29,409 nt of DNA, from assembly GCA_052390515.1 (NCBI GenBank), contig JBQTGV010000120.1, positions 1-29,409 of the forward strand. Reading direction: 5' to 3'. The stretch is from Candidatus Eiseniibacteriota bacterium. GTDB taxonomy: Bacteria; ARS69. The notes beneath the pieces were generated by a model. It searched no databases. It saw only the letters and a list, made by a program, of their open reading frames with translations, and was not told the origin of the DNA. Made by a program: the position numbers and the translations under genes. Position 1 is the stretch's first letter. Each line of letters opens with the position of its first letter. Below are positions 26,119 through 29,409 of the stretch, one piece after another.

Positions 26119-27476
26119 CTCTCCTTCTCCACCGCGTCGCGGATGAGCACGTCCTCCATCGCCCAGGGCGCGGACGCCTCCACGCTGCGCCCGACGCCGA
26201 CGTACTCGAAGCCGGCGTCACGGACGTCGCGCGGATCGTAGATGTTGCGGCCGTCCACGAACGCAGCCCGGCGCATCAGCGTGCCGAGCCGAGCGAAGTC
26301 CAGGTTGCGGTACTCGTTCCACTCGGTGAGCAGGACCAGGCAGTCCGCGCCGCGCGCTGTGTCGTAGGCGTCGCTGCACCAGCTCACGCCCTTCAGCGCG
26401 TCGAGGCCGCCGACGATCGGGTCGTGGGCGCGGATCGATGCACCGAGCCGCTGCAGCGCGGGCACGATGTTCAGCGACGGCGCGTCGCGGACGTCGTCGG
26501 TGTTGGGCTTGAACGTGATTCCCAGGACGGCCACGACCTTGCCCTTCGGATCGCCGAGGAGCGCGCGCACCTTGTCGACGATTCGCTGCTGCTGCAGCCG
26601 GTTCACCTCCAGCACCGCCTCCAGGATGCGCAGGCGATAGCCGGCGCTCTCGGCGATGTGCGTGAGCGCGAGCGTGTCCTTGGGGAAGCACGACCCGCCG
26701 TAGCCCGGACCGGCGTGCAGGAACTTGGAGCCGATCCGTCCGTCCAGACCCATCGCCCGCGCGACGACGGTGACGTCCGCGCCGACCGCGTCGCACAGGT
26801 TCGCGATCTCGTTGATGTAGGAGATCTTCATCGCCAGGAACGCGTTGGACGCGTACTTGATCATCTCCGCGTTCGTCACCGTGGTGCGGACGATGGGCGT
26901 GCCCAGCAGGTAGAGCGGCCGGTAGATCTTCTCCATGACGTCCATGGCTCGCTCGGAGGACGCACCGATGACGACGCGGTCCGGCCGCATGAAGTCGCCG
27001 ATGGCCGATCCTTCGCGGAGGAACTCGGGGTTGGAGACGACGTCGAAGTCGGCGTCGGGGCGGTGGTCCCGGATGATCGAGGAGATCAGCTTGCCGGTGC
27101 CGGTCGGAACGGTCGACTTGGTGACGACCACGGTGTAGCCGTCCATGTGGTCGGCGATGGCCTTCGCCACTTCCCGGACGTAGGTCAGGTCGGCGTGCCC
27201 GTCCGCGCCCGGCGGCGTCCCCACGGCGATGAAGACTACGTCCGCCTCCCGGACCGCCGCCGCGATGTCCCCGGTGAAGCGGAGCAGCCCGCGCTCGCGG
27301 TCCCTCTGCACGAGCTCCTGGAGCCCGGGCTCGAAGAAGGGGATGCCGCCTTCCTCCAGGGTGGCCAGCTTGCGGGGGTCGTTGTCGACGCAGGCCACCC
27401 GGTTGCCGAAGTCCGCGAGGCAGGCGCCGGTGACGAGACCGACATAGCCGGTCCCCACGACGGTGATGTTGACCAT
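26115..27476 (-). CDS. ugd: UDP-glucose 6-dehydrogenase
   Basis: GTGYVGL, KSTVP, NPEFLREG, KYASN, GYGGSCFPKD, FKPNTDDVR, DGRN; GGAGG RBS. Confidence 0.96.
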   Translation of the reverse strand: MVNITVVGTGYVGLVTGACLADFGNRVACVDNDPRKLATLEEGGIPFFEPGLQELVQRDRERGLLRFTGDIAAAVREADVVFIAVGTPPGADGHADLTYVREVAKAIADHMDGYTVVVTKSTVPTGTGKLISSIIRDHRPDADFDVVSNPEFLREGSAIGDFMRPDRVVIGASSERAMDVMEKIYRPLYLLGTPIVRTTVTNAEMIKYASNAFLAMKISYINEIANLCDAVGADVTVVARAMGLDGRIGSKFLHAGPGYGGSCFPKDTLALTHIAESAGYRLRILEAVLEVNRLQQQRIVDKVRALLGDPKGKVVAVLGITFKPNTDDVRDAPSLNIVPALQRLGASIRAHDPIVGGLDALKGVSWCSDAYDTARGADCLVLLTEWNEYRNLDFARLGTLMRRAAFVDGRNIYDPRDVRDAGFEYVGVGRSVEASAPWAMEDVLIRDAVEKES

Positions 27477-27511
27477 CCAGGTCCTCCGAGGGTTCGGGCA
27501 GGCCGCGGACG

Positions 27512-27560
27512 ATTCTATCACCGCGCCGGCTTGCCGGGCGGCCGTTCACCCCCGTACTCT
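27512..27560. promoter_or_regulatory. Divergent sigma70-like promoters
   Basis: Minus: extended -10 TGATAGAAT (27512-27520) for ugd; plus: TTGCCG-N18-TACTCT for the HTH gene. Confidence 0.45.
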
Positions 27561-27585
27561 CCCCCATTCGGAGGCGAAGGGCGCC

Positions 27586-28023
27586 ATGGAGAGCTCGATC
27601 ACGCGGGAAGAGGGTCATGCTCACGTGGCCGCGGTGCGGGTGCTCCGCTGGCGGCTGGGGCGGCCGCCGACCCTCGAGGAGATCGCCGAGGTCCTGGGCT
27701 CCAAGGTGGAGATCACGAACCACCGGATCCGCCGCCTGGTCGAGCTCGGGGCGCTCCACATCGTCGAGAACCCGTTCAACGTCCACGTCTCGGTGGCCGA
27801 CCACCGCGTCGTCGACGACCTGCCGGAGACCGCCAATGAGGACGTCCTGAAGGACGCGGTGCAGGACTTCAAGAAGAGGCAGGCAGAGAAGGCCGAGGAG
27901 ATGGTCCGCACCTTCGAGAGGGACGACGAGGGGGCGGAGCGACGCGAGAAGCACGACCGCATCGCCGAGGACCTCAAGCGGTTCCGGCCGAAGAAAATGA
28001 AGAAGGCTCCCTGGGAGAAGTGA
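27586..28023 (+). CDS. Winged-HTH protein with charged helical C-terminus
   Basis: GRPPTLEEIAEVLG....NHRIRRLVELG resembles the LexA DNA-binding domain; no peptidase domain. Confidence 0.75.
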   Translation: MESSITREEGHAHVAAVRVLRWRLGRPPTLEEIAEVLGSKVEITNHRIRRLVELGALHIVENPFNVHVSVADHRVVDDLPETANEDVLKDAVQDFKKRQAEKAEEMVRTFERDDEGAERREKHDRIAEDLKRFRPKKMKKAPWEK

Positions 28024-28285
28024 AGCCGGCCCGAACCCGGACCTCGCTCCGCGCGGACATTTCGGACTCCCGCTCGGCGGGGCCGGCGCGTCGGACGGGG
28101 AGCCGAGCCAGCCTGGAGTTACAACTCCTCGCCTCTCTTCCCGCTGCGGCGCCCTTCACCGCCACAATCGCCCCGATTCCGCGAAAGTCCTGCTAACCCT
28201 CCCAGAAGGCGCAAATCGCGCTCAACAGGCGGCCCGCCGCGGCCGACGAGCATGGGTACCCGCGCTCCGGGGGGGAGGTATCCAG

Positions 28286-28642
28286 ATGCTCTTCCGAATC
28301 AGGGTCATGGGGGACACGGTGGATTCCAGGGCCAAGGCGTTCCAGGCGTCGGGGGCGATCGAGGAGACGCCGAGGGCCGAGATCGAGCGGCTCGCCAAGG
28401 AGCTCGAGGCCGGAGCCGCAGCGCGATTCTACCGCGGCGGGCAACCCCACGGCCGGGTCGTCACCGCCCGCGCCACCGCGGACGGCCTCTGGCTCAAGAT
28501 CCGCATCACAGCTCGTGATCCGGAGATCTGGCGGCTGGTCGAGACCGGGGCGGTGAACACGATCGAGCTGCAGGTTCTGCCGCGCGGCGTGGACGTGTTT
28601 CTCAAATCCGTCGCGGCGACCTACCCGGCGGCGATGGCGTAG
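28286..28642 (+). CDS. Hypothetical protein, weakly like the phage prohead-protease fold
   Basis: Strong GGAGGT RBS, GC3-rich codons; PHGRVVTARATADGLWLKIRI...IWRLVETG. Confidence 0.7.
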   Translation: MLFRIRVMGDTVDSRAKAFQASGAIEETPRAEIERLAKELEAGAAARFYRGGQPHGRVVTARATADGLWLKIRITARDPEIWRLVETGAVNTIELQVLPRGVDVFLKSVAATYPAAMA

Positions 28643-28666
28643 GCGGGGCTCTCCGCCGCTGGTGTC

Positions 28667-28721
28667 GCGTCCCGAGAGAAGTGAACAGATGGCCTCGCCA
28701 ACTGATCACTTCTTCGAGACG
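28667..28721. repeat. Palindrome copy 2
   Basis: GCGTCCCGAGAGAAGTGAACAGATGGC-CTC-GCCAACTGATCACTTCTTCGAGACG, between convergent genes. Confidence 0.85.
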
Positions 28722-28727
28722 GAGGCG

Positions 28728-29409
28728 TTAGCGGGGGTCGTCCCTTCGATAGACCACTGTCGGGGGAATCCACGCGCACACGGAGTACCCCACGTCTCTC
28801 AAGTACGTCGCGATGACCGAGCGTGCGATCCCGTCCAGGGATCGGTGATCGTCTTCCACGAGCGCGAGCTCGGGCCGGTACCTCGACCAGTCGAGTGATC
28901 GAAGGACTTGCAGGTCGTGGCCCTCCGCGTCGACCGAGAGGAAGTCGATACCCGACGCCGGCGGAGGGTGCTCGTCCAGCACCGACGTGAGGGTGCGGGT
29001 CGGAACGCGAATCTCCCTCGGCGTGACTCCGCTCAGCCTCTCGTGCTCCCTCGCGTGATCGGCCGATAGCGTGTTCGTGTACGCGTGCGTCGACCAGAAA
29101 TAGAAGGACATCTCACCTGCGGTCTCGGAGATCGCCACCTCCAGATTGACATCGCGTCTCCGAGTCCAGCGAAACGCTTCCATCGAACCGGGAGCTGCAT
29201 CGATGTTGATCCCGCGCCATCCCCTTCGATAGAAGAAGTACGTGTTGGATGCTTCCTTCGGTGAGAACGCGCCGACATCGACATAGAACCCCTTCGAGAT
29301 CGTCGGTCTCGCAAAGGGAAGGCGGACGCCTCTGTCCAACTCGAAAGCCTTCGCTTCGAAATAGCCCTGGAGGAAGGCATCCTCGCCGAATTGGCTGTAG
29401 AAGTCCCGC
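28728..29409 (-). CDS. FkbM-family methyltransferase (start lies beyond the right edge)
   Basis: Frame open to the window end: YSQFGED, FYVDVGA..P..SNTY.FY..GWRGINID, IDFLSVDAEGHDL.VL. Confidence 0.92.
   Translation of the reverse strand, partial: RDFYSQFGEDAFLQGYFEAKAFELDRGVRLPFARPTISKGFYVDVGAFSPKEASNTYFFYRRGWRGINIDAAPGSMEAFRWTRRRDVNLEVAISETAGEMSFYFWSTHAYTNTLSADHAREHERLSGVTPREIRVPTRTLTSVLDEHPPPASGIDFLSVDAEGHDLQVLRSLDWSRYRPELALVEDDHRSLDGIARSVIATYLRDVGYSVCAWIPPTVVYRRDDPR

Noticed and set aside
21660-28898. Similar peptides MASPSDRFF and MASPTDHFF in two plus-strand ORFs
   Set aside because: Translations of the palindromic repeat, antisense to real genes

Overview
GC-rich bacterial window; the PorX/PglZ response regulator suggests FCB-superphylum affinity (inference). 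1-3003 (minus): N-terminus of a large secreted beta-rich protein, then an epoxide hydrolase/cytochrome P460-family block broken at both ends. About 3080-5790, just downstream of folC: a lower-GC integrase-less integron-cassette cluster with one intact attC, several decayed ones, three cassette ORFs, and a repeated non-attC motif replacing the attC body after two cassettes. 5826-15478 (minus): coupled operon wecA-like, degenerate hemC, histidine kinase, porX-like, tsaE, tsaB, rimI, PNP, accD, folC. 15665-29409: glycan genes (uxs, SLBB export, TMTC-like GT-C/TPR, ugd, rmlB, sulfotransferase-like, FkbM) plus yqeY, msrC, acyl-CoA dehydrogenase and two small hypotheticals. Best leads: in-frame TGA at the RmlB conserved-Cys position, the atypical cassette junctions, a HemC pseudoenzyme upstream of a kinase-PorX pair, a two-copy palindrome with compensatory changes, and probable CTG starts. 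All family calls are by eye; no searches were run.
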